DNA of 64,000 nucleotides from Terriglobia bacterium. Lineage in GTDB: Bacteria; Acidobacteriota; Terriglobia; UBA7540. The position numbers were made by a program, and so were the translations under genes. The notes under the pieces are model-generated. The model was not told where the DNA came from. It saw only the letters and a list, made by a program, of their open reading frames with translations, and did not search any database. Positions 9,998 through 18,114 of this stretch are shown here, piece after piece. Position 1 is the first letter of the stretch; the number at the start of each line of letters is the position of its first letter. The DNA is taken from contig JBEKIZ010000003.1 of the NCBI GenBank assembly GCA_050011515.1, forward strand, positions 16,805 to 80,804. The letters are read 5' to 3'.

Positions 9998-10414
9998 ATG
10001 AACACCAATAGAGAATCAGGTTCAGGCGGCTCGGCGGCGGCGCGGTGGGTTGTCATGATGGCGGCTGGCGGCGCGCTGGTTCTGGCGCTTGCCGCCTCAA
10101 GCCGCGCGCAGAGCGCCGACTCCCAGCCCGCAGCTCTGAGCAAACAGCGCGCGGCGCTTTACCTCGCGGCCACCCGTACCCCGCTCGCGGACCTGGAGAA
10201 CGACGTGAATCACCTTGCCATGCGTTCGGAGTCCTGTCGCATCGAGCATGGCGCCCAGGCGTGCGGCCTGATCGACAAGCCACTCGAGTCCAGCAAACTC
10301 GAAGAGCGCTATGCCTACTATGTCAAACAACCTGTGGAGGCCCACTCCAAAGGGCAGGGAGTGAAAATCGACCGGCGAAAGTGGGCGGGGGCGAGCGCAC
10401 CTCCATCACGATGA
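9998..10414 (+). CDS. Small secreted protein, unknown function
   Basis: 138 aa. Starts 3 nt after the previous stop. Hydrophobic signal-like segment VVMMAAGGALVLALAASSRAQS. Confidence 0.5.
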   Translation: MNTNRESGSGGSAAARWVVMMAAGGALVLALAASSRAQSADSQPAALSKQRAALYLAATRTPLADLENDVNHLAMRSESCRIEHGAQACGLIDKPLESSKLEERYAYYVKQPVEAHSKGQGVKIDRRKWAGASAPPSR

Positions 10415-10415
10415 A

Positions 10416-10516
10416 GCTGTCAGCTATCAGCCCTCAGCTATCAGCAAACATCCGTCAGCCTTCGCTAGCCACATTGCGGTGTTCGCGCTGACTGCTGACG
10501 GCTGATAGCTGATGGC
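10416..10516. terminator. Inverted repeat of CAGCTATCAGC word repeats (hairpin inside the gene cluster)
   Basis: gctgtcagctatcagccctcagctatcagc ... gctgactgctgacggctgatagctgatggc lies between the 138-aa ORF stop and the SLT gene start. Confidence 0.4.
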
Positions 10517-10529
10517 TAAGGGAGGAGGT

Positions 10530-11618
10530 ATGACTCGCGTGAGACGCATCGACGCATCCACCTGTCTGGCCTTCGCCGTAGCAGGGTTGTATCTCTTTGG
10601 GATCGCGACGCCACTGGGCGCGGCGCAGGAGGGGTCCATCGTGCGCCCCCCCTCGCTCTCCAGGCGCGCCGCCTCGACGAAGCCCACCTGGCGTTCCGGG
10701 CCAGCTTCAACGCCGCCCCAAACCGAAGTTGTGCTGCCGCCTTCCGAGGCTCCACCGCCCGCGAAGTCGCCCCTCCTCGGATCGCACGTAGAAGGAAAAA
10801 AGCCGACGGTGACGAAGCCGTGGGCTGTGACTCCTGCCGGTTCGGGTTTCGCCACAGGACGCACTCCCGCGGCTGCCCATGCGCTCACGCCCACGCCAAA
10901 CACAAACCCGCACGGCGACTCAAACCCTCCCGATCCTGAGGCCCAGCGCATCCAGGATGAGCTCAGCCGCCTGCGCGACGATGCCGGCGCGCGTCGCGCC
11001 TTCTACGATGAACTGCGCCGCACGGTCGAGCAGGTGCGCGCTGGCCTGCGGGATGAAGACTCCAAGCACCCCCCATCGGCACACCCGGGTTGGCACCTGT
11101 TCCATGATGCTTCCGGCGAACCTCCCAACCCGCCGGCCAACCAGGGGCCTAATGAGTCCCCTCCGGCAAACGCTGAGGCCCCGCAAGCATCCTTGGGCAG
11201 GCATCGCGGCAGCCTCGACGGAGTTGCCTACCGGCGCGTGGTCCAATACGCCAAGACTAATGGTACGCCGGTGCCACTGGCCTTAGGCGTGGCCTGGATT
11301 GAGTCTCGCTTGCAGACCTATCCGCCCCGCGGGGCCGCCGGCGAAGTGGGGATGTTCCAGATTCTGCCGGAGCGTTGTCGCCTTGAAGGCTGGCCGCCCC
11401 AGCGTCTGAAGGAGCCGGAATTCAACGCCTGGCTGGGCACCCGGCTGCTCGCCCGCTACTACCAGGAAGAAGGCAGTTGGGCGCGCGCCGCCGCTAAATA
11501 CGTCGCTGGCCCCAGAGTCTTCGACCGCAGTTACTCTCAAGACCTGTGGGCCTACATTAACTGGTACGCAAGCTCGGTGGACAGCTATGCCGGCTACTTT
11601 TCCCGTTACCAAAGCTGA
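10530..11618 (+). CDS. Lytic transglycosylase (SLT domain) with long Pro-rich N-terminal region
   Basis: GGAGGAGG lies just upstream of ATG 10530. TM/signal segment, and a C-terminal SLT motif ALGVAWIESRLQ ... GEVGMFQILP (catalytic Glu in IES). Confidence 0.8.
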   Translation: MTRVRRIDASTCLAFAVAGLYLFGIATPLGAAQEGSIVRPPSLSRRAASTKPTWRSGPASTPPQTEVVLPPSEAPPPAKSPLLGSHVEGKKPTVTKPWAVTPAGSGFATGRTPAAAHALTPTPNTNPHGDSNPPDPEAQRIQDELSRLRDDAGARRAFYDELRRTVEQVRAGLRDEDSKHPPSAHPGWHLFHDASGEPPNPPANQGPNESPPANAEAPQASLGRHRGSLDGVAYRRVVQYAKTNGTPVPLALGVAWIESRLQTYPPRGAAGEVGMFQILPERCRLEGWPPQRLKEPEFNAWLGTRLLARYYQEEGSWARAAAKYVAGPRVFDRSYSQDLWAYINWYASSVDSYAGYFSRYQS

Positions 11619-12666
11619 AACCTGGGCGGATCTGCCATACCCAATGGCCGCACCAGCCGCCCCCGACCCTGCTGCGAGCGACGCCCCTGAATTCGTACTG
11701 CTCGATGCGGGTGCACCACGTCCCGGAGCGCTCGCCCTCTCCTTCGGATTTTCGAGCGCGCTTCTGGTTCTGGCCGTTGTTCTGGCGCGCCCTTCGAGCG
11801 CGACTCCTTCTGCGCGCGCGGAGATCATCTCGGAAATCGTTATGGCACGCGGGCCACTCTGGTTGCCCGCAAACCCACCGCCCCTCAATTCCCACGGGAA
11901 CGCAACGCCTCATTCTGATCCGGACCCGCCAGCCCAAGAGTCGCATCCGCTGCCAGGTGCGGACCCGCCGGCTGAAGCCGCCGCTCCAGTTGACCCCCCT
12001 GCAGTGGCGTTGCCGAAGCTACAACTGAGCCTCCAGCCTCCACCAAGTCAGGTTGTCTCCCCTGACCCGAAGCCGGCGCCGGAGGCTGCGGGAGTAACCC
12101 ATGCTCCAGCCAGCGATGCCCGCAAGCCCGCCCCAAACGCCCTTGGCACCCTGCCGCTCCCACGCCTGATTGAGGACGAAGCCGCTCTCGCCGCCAGCCT
12201 TGCAGCGCTGCCTCCTGGCCGGCGCCTGGCTTTGCCGATCGTCTCCATTCGCGTCGATGCGGAATGGCTCGAAGTCCTGCCCCAGACGAAAGAAGAGCTC
12301 TACTTCTCCGTTACACGACCGGAAGGGAATTCGGAAGTCCTCGCTTACTTGCCGGCCACTCACAGCTTAACCTTGAAGCGCCCGCTGCAACCCCTGTGGC
12401 AGATCCGCGAGGGCGAGCGAGTCCCCGCCCTCGCAGCACTGCGCTCTGCCGCTGCCAGCCGGCTAGGTGTCTCCCCCGAGTTGGTGGGCCTTTACACCTG
12501 GCATCCCCTTGTTCTCGAGAATGCGCTGCGCATGTTTGTCCTCGCACGAATGGAGCATATGGGGGTGCGGTTGGGCCCAAGCGGCGTGGTCACCGTGCGC
12601 TTCGCCTCCGGACCCGACGGTTGCCTCATGAGCCTCGAGCCGATTCGCGGTGCGGGGTCGCAGTGA
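11587..12666 (+). CDS. Membrane-anchored proline-rich protein, unknown function
   Basis: 359 aa with one TM helix (LALSFGFSSALLVLAVVLA) and a Pro-rich linker. The start is uncertain (ATG 11587 overlaps upstream gene; alternative ATG 11644). Confidence 0.5.
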   Translation: MPATFPVTKAETWADLPYPMAAPAAPDPAASDAPEFVLLDAGAPRPGALALSFGFSSALLVLAVVLARPSSATPSARAEIISEIVMARGPLWLPANPPPLNSHGNATPHSDPDPPAQESHPLPGADPPAEAAAPVDPPAVALPKLQLSLQPPPSQVVSPDPKPAPEAAGVTHAPASDARKPAPNALGTLPLPRLIEDEAALAASLAALPPGRRLALPIVSIRVDAEWLEVLPQTKEELYFSVTRPEGNSEVLAYLPATHSLTLKRPLQPLWQIREGERVPALAALRSAAASRLGVSPELVGLYTWHPLVLENALRMFVLARMEHMGVRLGPSGVVTVRFASGPDGCLMSLEPIRGAGSQ

Positions 12667-13026
12667 CCAGCCCCGGTTCTGGCACCTGGCACCCACCCTT
12701 TCACTTCCTGAATCCCGAATCCTGACTCCTGACTCCTGTTCTTCCCACCAGATGGTAAAGCCGCAACGAATCCAGCACTGGCCCAAGGAGAAGTGAATAG
12801 AGCTGTTTAGCTTCTTCCCCGGGAAACTCTCAAGCAGTGATTTTGGTGAGAAAGTTTGGTACTCTGCGAAGCATGATCTGTCGATACACTCCACGCGCGG
12901 TGACACGTGGCAACTTGCGTTTCGAGAATAGGGAGACGAGTTCTGTGTCTCTGCATTGGCTGGAAATTCCAGACTCGCAGGTAAGTCGAACCGCACCAAC
13001 TGAAAAGAGTATCCGCAAAGGAAAGG

Positions 13027-14178
13027 ATGAAGATAATGAATACAGCCATATCGAACAAGAAAGCTGATCTCGCAGGCCCGGGTATTGGCGACTACAACGA
13101 ATTGGAGAGGATTCTCCCGTCAGACTATCGCTCCCTGTTGACCGTGAAAGAAACCCAGCAGGCGATCTTCCATGTAAAACGGTACATCACAGATAACCTC
13201 TGTAAAGAACTAAACCTGATGATGGTCGAGGTGCCGCTGATCGTGGACGTCGAAAGCGGCGTGAATGACATGCTGGACCGGGATGGATCGCGCACGCCGA
13301 TCTCGTTCCATATTTCAAACGATTACGGCAAGCACCCCATCGATGCTCAGGTCGTGCAGGCGGCCACGAAGTGGAAGAGAGTCGCGCTGAAACAGTTCCA
13401 TTGCAAAGTGGGCGAGGGCATTTGTACGGATATGCGAGCCGTCCGCAAGGACTACTTCCTCGATCATGACCACAGCGCGTACGTCGACCAGTGGGACTGG
13501 GAGCGAGTCATGACCGCCGAACAGCGTAACCTGGCCTTTCTGAAGGAAGTAGTCGGAGGTATCTGGAGAGTGCTTGTAGGTGCGGAACGCCTTGTACAAG
13601 AGATGTTCCCTCAGTTGAGCGACGGACGATATCCTAATCTGCCTGAGAAGTTGACCTTCCTGCATGCCGAAGAAATCCTCGATATGTATCCTGATCTGCC
13701 GCGCAAGCAACGGGAGACGAAGGTACTACAGGAGTATCCGGCAATCTTCATCATTGGGATTGGCTGGCCTTTGAAAGATGGTTATCCCCACGAGAATCGC
13801 GCCGCTGATTACGACGATTGGGTCACGGATACGAGTAAAGAAACCGGCAAGCCGACCCACGGCTTGAATGGTGACATTCTGGTATGGAACCACGTTACAA
13901 AACGGCGGCATGAACTGACTTCGATGGGTATTCGCGTGACTGCTGAAACCCTGAAAGAACAGTTGGAACTGGCCAATCAACTCGATTTCATGAAGCTGCC
14001 GTACCACCAGGGGATCTTGACCAACCGCATTCCTCTGTCGATTGGCGGCGGGATCGGCCAATCACGCACGCTGATGTTATTGCTCAGAAAGGCTCACCTG
14101 GGTGAGGTCAGCGTAACTGTGTGGCCGAAAGTCCTGAAGGAGATCTGCGCAAAGAAAAACATTTTCGTGCTGGAATAG
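13027..14178 (+). CDS. asnA: Aspartate--ammonia ligase (asparagine synthetase A)
   Basis: Matches remembered E. coli AsnA blocks VDQWDWERVM, GLNGDILVWN, ELTSMGIRV and GGGIGQSRTLMLLL. It has a longer N-terminus than E. coli. Confidence 0.9.
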   Translation: MKIMNTAISNKKADLAGPGIGDYNELERILPSDYRSLLTVKETQQAIFHVKRYITDNLCKELNLMMVEVPLIVDVESGVNDMLDRDGSRTPISFHISNDYGKHPIDAQVVQAATKWKRVALKQFHCKVGEGICTDMRAVRKDYFLDHDHSAYVDQWDWERVMTAEQRNLAFLKEVVGGIWRVLVGAERLVQEMFPQLSDGRYPNLPEKLTFLHAEEILDMYPDLPRKQRETKVLQEYPAIFIIGIGWPLKDGYPHENRAADYDDWVTDTSKETGKPTHGLNGDILVWNHVTKRRHELTSMGIRVTAETLKEQLELANQLDFMKLPYHQGILTNRIPLSIGGGIGQSRTLMLLLRKAHLGEVSVTVWPKVLKEICAKKNIFVLE

Positions 14179-14253
14179 GATAAAGGCCGGCGAAGGAGTG
14201 AGGCTTGGCGGGCTCAAGATCAAGGACCTGATCCACGAAGGGCACAAATACTG

Positions 14254-14679
14254 ATGGTACGACTGCTCCCGGATGCCTCCGTAACCTTGACTTGGTGCTT
14301 CGAGGACGAGGGGATGCCCTGGTCGGACGCTTTACTCGCCAAGCCAAGGGCGGGCGATGAAGCTATGGTGCCGGCGCACTGGCCTGCCGAGGTAGCTGAC
14401 GCCCTCCTGATTGCTGTTCGGCGGGGCCGCATCAGCCGGGAGAAAGCGAACAGGTTTTTCTTGGATCTGCTCGCATCGCCCATCCGCATCGATCCCGAAA
14501 GCAGCGAGATTGTTTTCGATCAAGTTTTTAAGCTGGCGGAGCAATATCGCCTCACCATCTACGATGCCGGTTATCTTGAACTGCCGATTCGAGAGGGCTT
14601 GCCCTTAGCGACGCTCGACCATGAATTGCGCAAGGCCGCACGCGCCTCGCGAGTTCCGTTAGTGGGACCACAGCCCTGA
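14254..14679 (+). CDS. vapC: PIN-domain toxin, VapC family (no full-length antitoxin upstream)
   Basis: 141 aa. N-terminal LLPDASV (acidic PIN residue), TIYDAGYLELP, and a C-terminal LATLD motif. Confidence 0.8.
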   Translation: MVRLLPDASVTLTWCFEDEGMPWSDALLAKPRAGDEAMVPAHWPAEVADALLIAVRRGRISREKANRFFLDLLASPIRIDPESSEIVFDQVFKLAEQYRLTIYDAGYLELPIREGLPLATLDHELRKAARASRVPLVGPQP

Positions 14680-14777
14680 GCGATACGATAAAGATAATCG
14701 ATGATTTCTTGCGCAACAGTCCTCTCGCGCCGAGGCGACATGAATTTGTTGATAGATTTGACGGTGCTCAGGCCGGC

Positions 14778-16106
14778 TCAACCTTCCCTCGAGAACAAGT
14801 CCTCCAGGTTTCGGAACCCAGACTCCCGCCATCTCTGGAGTCGATGGCGGCCTTCTTCGATCAGGTCGAGGACCTCTTCTCTTTCCTCCCTATCGGGCGA
14901 GGCGGTCTGCCAGAGCGGATCAAGCCATGTTTCCAGCGGAATATTTGTTTCCAGGGGGTTACGATCCAGCACGGCGAGTGCGGCTGCCGTACCGAAAGCA
15001 TAACGAGATGGCTGAACGCCCTGCTGTAACGCCACGCGCAGGGTTCCCACCAAGCGGTCGTCCCACTCCAGTTTTCGCTGCGGGTCGCGCCCAACTCTTT
15101 CCGCGCTGTCGTGAAGGAAGGGATTAACCATGCGGGCAAGCAGGTCGTCAGCGTATTCCCGATAACCTTGGTGAGTGAAGAGCGGATCTTTACCTGCGTA
15201 CTTCCGGATCAACGCCTCTCCGGATTCTTGAATGAACGCGGCACGCAGGAAAGCGAAGATATCCGGGTGTTTGCTGAGGTCAGCAATACGTTCGACGCCG
15301 CATAGGGCGGCGACATAGGCAGCGAGGGCATGGGTGGCGTTGTGGCCGTATAGCTTGGCTTCTTCGAAAGGCAACAAGTCATCCTTCTCTTCAAAAACCT
15401 TTATGCCTCGCTGAAAAGGCGGGGCCTCACCGACACCCGCAAATCGGATTTTGGAAATCAGGATTCGGTTAAACGCTTCGACCAGAAAGGCGCGCCGGCC
15501 GCCGGGGGTTATGGTGGCCAGGCTCTGCAATCTGATTTCGTCCGCGTCGGAAACGACTCCGCTCATTTTCCCGATCACGGTATTCAAAAATCTGACGCGA
15601 GAGCGCACACGCTCTCTTTCCTCTTCGGGAATCTCTTCAAGAACTCTTGCTTCCAGGATCTCCGCCGCATGGTTATGGTTTTCAGCTGCGTAAACGATTG
15701 CCTGTGGCCCCTGCGCGGCTGCCTTGCGTCGCAACCCCTCAGCCAGAAGGCCCTGTATGCTCCCGGGATCAGGAGAAGTGTAGAATTGCACGCTGGGCAC
15801 CGCGGTGGCGATTTCCTCCGCTTCCGCGACCGCTTCCACCAAGCGGCGCCGGTCAGATTCAGAGCCCGGGTCCTGGATTTCCAAGGGCCCAACCTCCGCG
15901 ACCTCGAGGTGGTCCGAGTGCGCGATGTTCACGAAGAAACGTCCTCCGGCGGCACGCACCGCGTGCACGACATCCGGCACCACTTCCGAAACCATCAGCC
16001 GGCCGAAATTATCGGACCGGAAGGCTTCATAAAGAAACAGTCCAGCTTGGATGGCGCCGAAGCCAAACCCAACAAAGGTACGTTGACCGGTAACTCCCAA
16101 AGTCAT
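14778..16106 (-). CDS. Mannitol dehydrogenase family oxidoreductase (MtlD-like)
   Basis: 442 aa. N-terminal Rossmann GFGFGAIQAG. Blocks LYGHNATHALAAY and NPFLHDSAERVGRDPQRKL align to remembered MtlD TGHAITAY / NPYLKDDVERVGRQPLRKL. Confidence 0.75.
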   Translation of the reverse strand: MTLGVTGQRTFVGFGFGAIQAGLFLYEAFRSDNFGRLMVSEVVPDVVHAVRAAGGRFFVNIAHSDHLEVAEVGPLEIQDPGSESDRRRLVEAVAEAEEIATAVPSVQFYTSPDPGSIQGLLAEGLRRKAAAQGPQAIVYAAENHNHAAEILEARVLEEIPEEERERVRSRVRFLNTVIGKMSGVVSDADEIRLQSLATITPGGRRAFLVEAFNRILISKIRFAGVGEAPPFQRGIKVFEEKDDLLPFEEAKLYGHNATHALAAYVAALCGVERIADLSKHPDIFAFLRAAFIQESGEALIRKYAGKDPLFTHQGYREYADDLLARMVNPFLHDSAERVGRDPQRKLEWDDRLVGTLRVALQQGVQPSRYAFGTAAALAVLDRNPLETNIPLETWLDPLWQTASPDREEREEVLDLIEEGRHRLQRWRESGFRNLEDLFSREG

Positions 16107-16340
16107 TAGGAGGCTCTCAGCTTTCAGCTATCAGCCAACAAACGTACGTTGACCGTAAACTCCCAAAGTCATTTGTGCGTCGTCCGTTGTCAGTGGTCAG
16201 TCCAAAGAAGGGGCGAGGGGCTGGGGCCTGGGGACTAGGGCAATTCTGAATCGTGAACTTCGAACCGCTCACTTCCTTCTTCCGACTTCCTACCCCCGTC
16301 CACCCCCCTCTCCTGACTTCTGGCTTCTGACTTCTGCTCG

Positions 16341-17600
16341 TCACTTGTCACTCGTCACTGTTCTTAGGTATTCCCGCTCATCCTGGGCGCTCCAGGATTT
16401 CACCGCCCGGATTTCAGCGGTGCGCCGGTGAGGGTAAACCACGGCTTTGCCGTCAATTTCCTGAGCCATTACCATTCTCAAGAGTTCGATAGCGTGTTCC
16501 AGGTCGCCAATTCGAGTAATGTGGCACCCGGCGTCAATCTCGCCGGTAAGCATCAACTCCAGCGTTCGGGCGATGTCCCAAGGGGAACCTCCACTGGACC
16601 CGGTGACGTTGATTTCCTTGTAATGGACAATCCCAGTGTCGAGGCCGATAACCTCTTCGCCTTTTTTTAAGCCACCAAACAGGTCCAGGACGGCGCCCCG
16701 ACCGACCAGGCTCTGAGCGCTCTCGATGGCCTTCTTGGAGCCAACGGCCACAATCACATCATCGGCCCCGCTATAATTCGTGAGCTGGTTCACCAACTTG
16801 TTCAAATCAGTTGTCCCCGGGTTGACGACCTGAAGGTCGATTCCGGCCTTGCTTGCCCGCGGTCCCACGAGAGTCCTTACAAGCTCTAACCGTGCCTCAG
16901 CGAGGTCAGCAACCACCATGGCACGAGGTCTGTAGCTAAGCGCCAAGTCCACGTGCATCCGGCCCATAGCCCCTGCACCTATCACCACGGTTACTCCTCC
17001 GGGCTTGAGCCCTTTTATGACTTTGCGCGGTCCCAGAGGTGTCTCCTGCACCAAATGCACATGGTGGTCTTGAGCCGAGACGCAGCAGGACAAAGGCTCG
17101 CTCATGGCCGCATGGGCGAATGGGAACCCCGCGTCTCGAACCGGGAGAAGACATCCCGCTGCCAAAGTCTCTTCCGTGACGAGAACATATTCCGCGAGGT
17201 GTCCTGGCAGCGTATAGCCGACAGAGACCTTGACGACGCCTCGGCCCCCGTCGCGATATCGCTCCGGGTGGTTGATCGGTGGGTGATCGACTGCAGGTTG
17301 AATGACATGACGCTCGCCGGGATGGTAGCGGTCCTTCAATTCCTGCCCCACTTCCACAAGCGTCACGGAGCCCTCGTCTCCGAGAATCAGTGGAAAGCGC
17401 TCGAGGTCCCAGCCATACAACTGTTTGTGGTCCGGACCCTGCTCAACCAGCTTGATGAGCGACGTGCAAATCCCCGCAGCATCTACTCGGGCCAGCATTT
17501 GACGCGGGCTAGGACGCGGAGTCGGTACTCGTCGCACTTGCAGGTGACCGAAACCAACCCCATCCAAGACTAGTGCGCGCATATAAGCAGGAACCGACAC
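16341..17600 (-). CDS. Zinc-type medium-chain dehydrogenase/reductase (MDR), extended 419-aa form
   Basis: GICTSL..., GDEGSVTLVEVG and the Rossmann motif VVIGAGAMGRM. Substrate unknown. Confidence 0.75.
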   Translation of the reverse strand: MSVPAYMRALVLDGVGFGHLQVRRVPTPRPSPRQMLARVDAAGICTSLIKLVEQGPDHKQLYGWDLERFPLILGDEGSVTLVEVGQELKDRYHPGERHVIQPAVDHPPINHPERYRDGGRGVVKVSVGYTLPGHLAEYVLVTEETLAAGCLLPVRDAGFPFAHAAMSEPLSCCVSAQDHHVHLVQETPLGPRKVIKGLKPGGVTVVIGAGAMGRMHVDLALSYRPRAMVVADLAEARLELVRTLVGPRASKAGIDLQVVNPGTTDLNKLVNQLTNYSGADDVIVAVGSKKAIESAQSLVGRGAVLDLFGGLKKGEEVIGLDTGIVHYKEINVTGSSGGSPWDIARTLELMLTGEIDAGCHITRIGDLEHAIELLRMVMAQEIDGKAVVYPHRRTAEIRAVKSWSAQDEREYLRTVTSDK

Positions 17601-17767
17601 AGAGGCGCTCCTTTACCGGTCGGCATTTTCCGCCAGGCTACCCGCAACATGAAATGTGTGATCGGAAAGATCGCGGACCCATCGGCGACGCGTGAAATCG
17701 CGTGTAGGGCCAATGCTGTTCACTTAAGCTTTTTCAAGGAGGCTGTTCACCATTCGACCTTAGAGCC

Positions 17768-17845
17768 CCCTCACCCCCTGCCCCTCTCCCCCAAGGGGGA
17801 GAGGGTGGTCCCGTCCCGCTCTGCGGGAGGACCGGGTGAGGGGGT
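17768..17845. repeat. REP-like element, family B variant (CTCTCCCCC-N4-GGGGAGAGGGTGG ... CCGGGTGAGGGGGTC)
   Basis: ccctcaccccctgcccctctcccccaagggggagagggtggtcccgtcccgctctgcgggaggaccgggtgagggggtc. Related to the copies at 28507 and 38395. Confidence 0.75.
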
Positions 17846-17899
17846 CACCCCGGAAACTTCGCTCGTCATGGCCGCGCAAGGTTGCCTGGTTAGCCCGCA

Positions 17900-18109
17900 T
17901 TTCTCACCACGGGTCTGGAAGGGCGGGGCTTCAGCCCCGCCGTTACAAGGCCTTCCTGATTATTCCTCTGTCCCGTGCCCCGCGCAGTCCCGCGCCTGCG
18001 GGACTGCGCGGGGCACGGGACCAACAGAGGGCGGGAGCCGCGATTTCGGCGGGGCTGAAGCCCCGCCCTTCCGGCAGTCCCCTGAGAGCGTCCAAACGTG
18101 GTGAGAAAC
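17900..18109. repeat. Composite ~210-bp palindromic element (family C)
   Basis: Outer IR tttctcaccacg/cgtggtgagaaa, middle IR ggaagggcggggcttcagccccgcc/ggcggggctgaagccccgcccttcc, and a central perfect palindrome gtcccgtgccccgcgcagtcccgcg-cc-tgcgggactgcgcggggcacgggac. Confidence 0.85.
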
Positions 18110-18114
18110 CCTGT

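Noticed and set aside
12667-13026. A lower-GC 360-bp leader upstream of asnA, inspected for a T-box, attenuator or leader peptide.
   Set aside because: I found only a short hairpin (gagacgagttctgtgtctc). There is no specifier/T-box sequence, no Asn-rich leader ORF and no terminator/antiterminator pair.
16117-16344. A 75-aa minus-strand ORF in the spacer between the MDR dehydrogenase and the mannitol-DH-family gene.
   Set aside because: It is composed of translated word repeats and the duplicated gene-start segment, so it is not a plausible protein.
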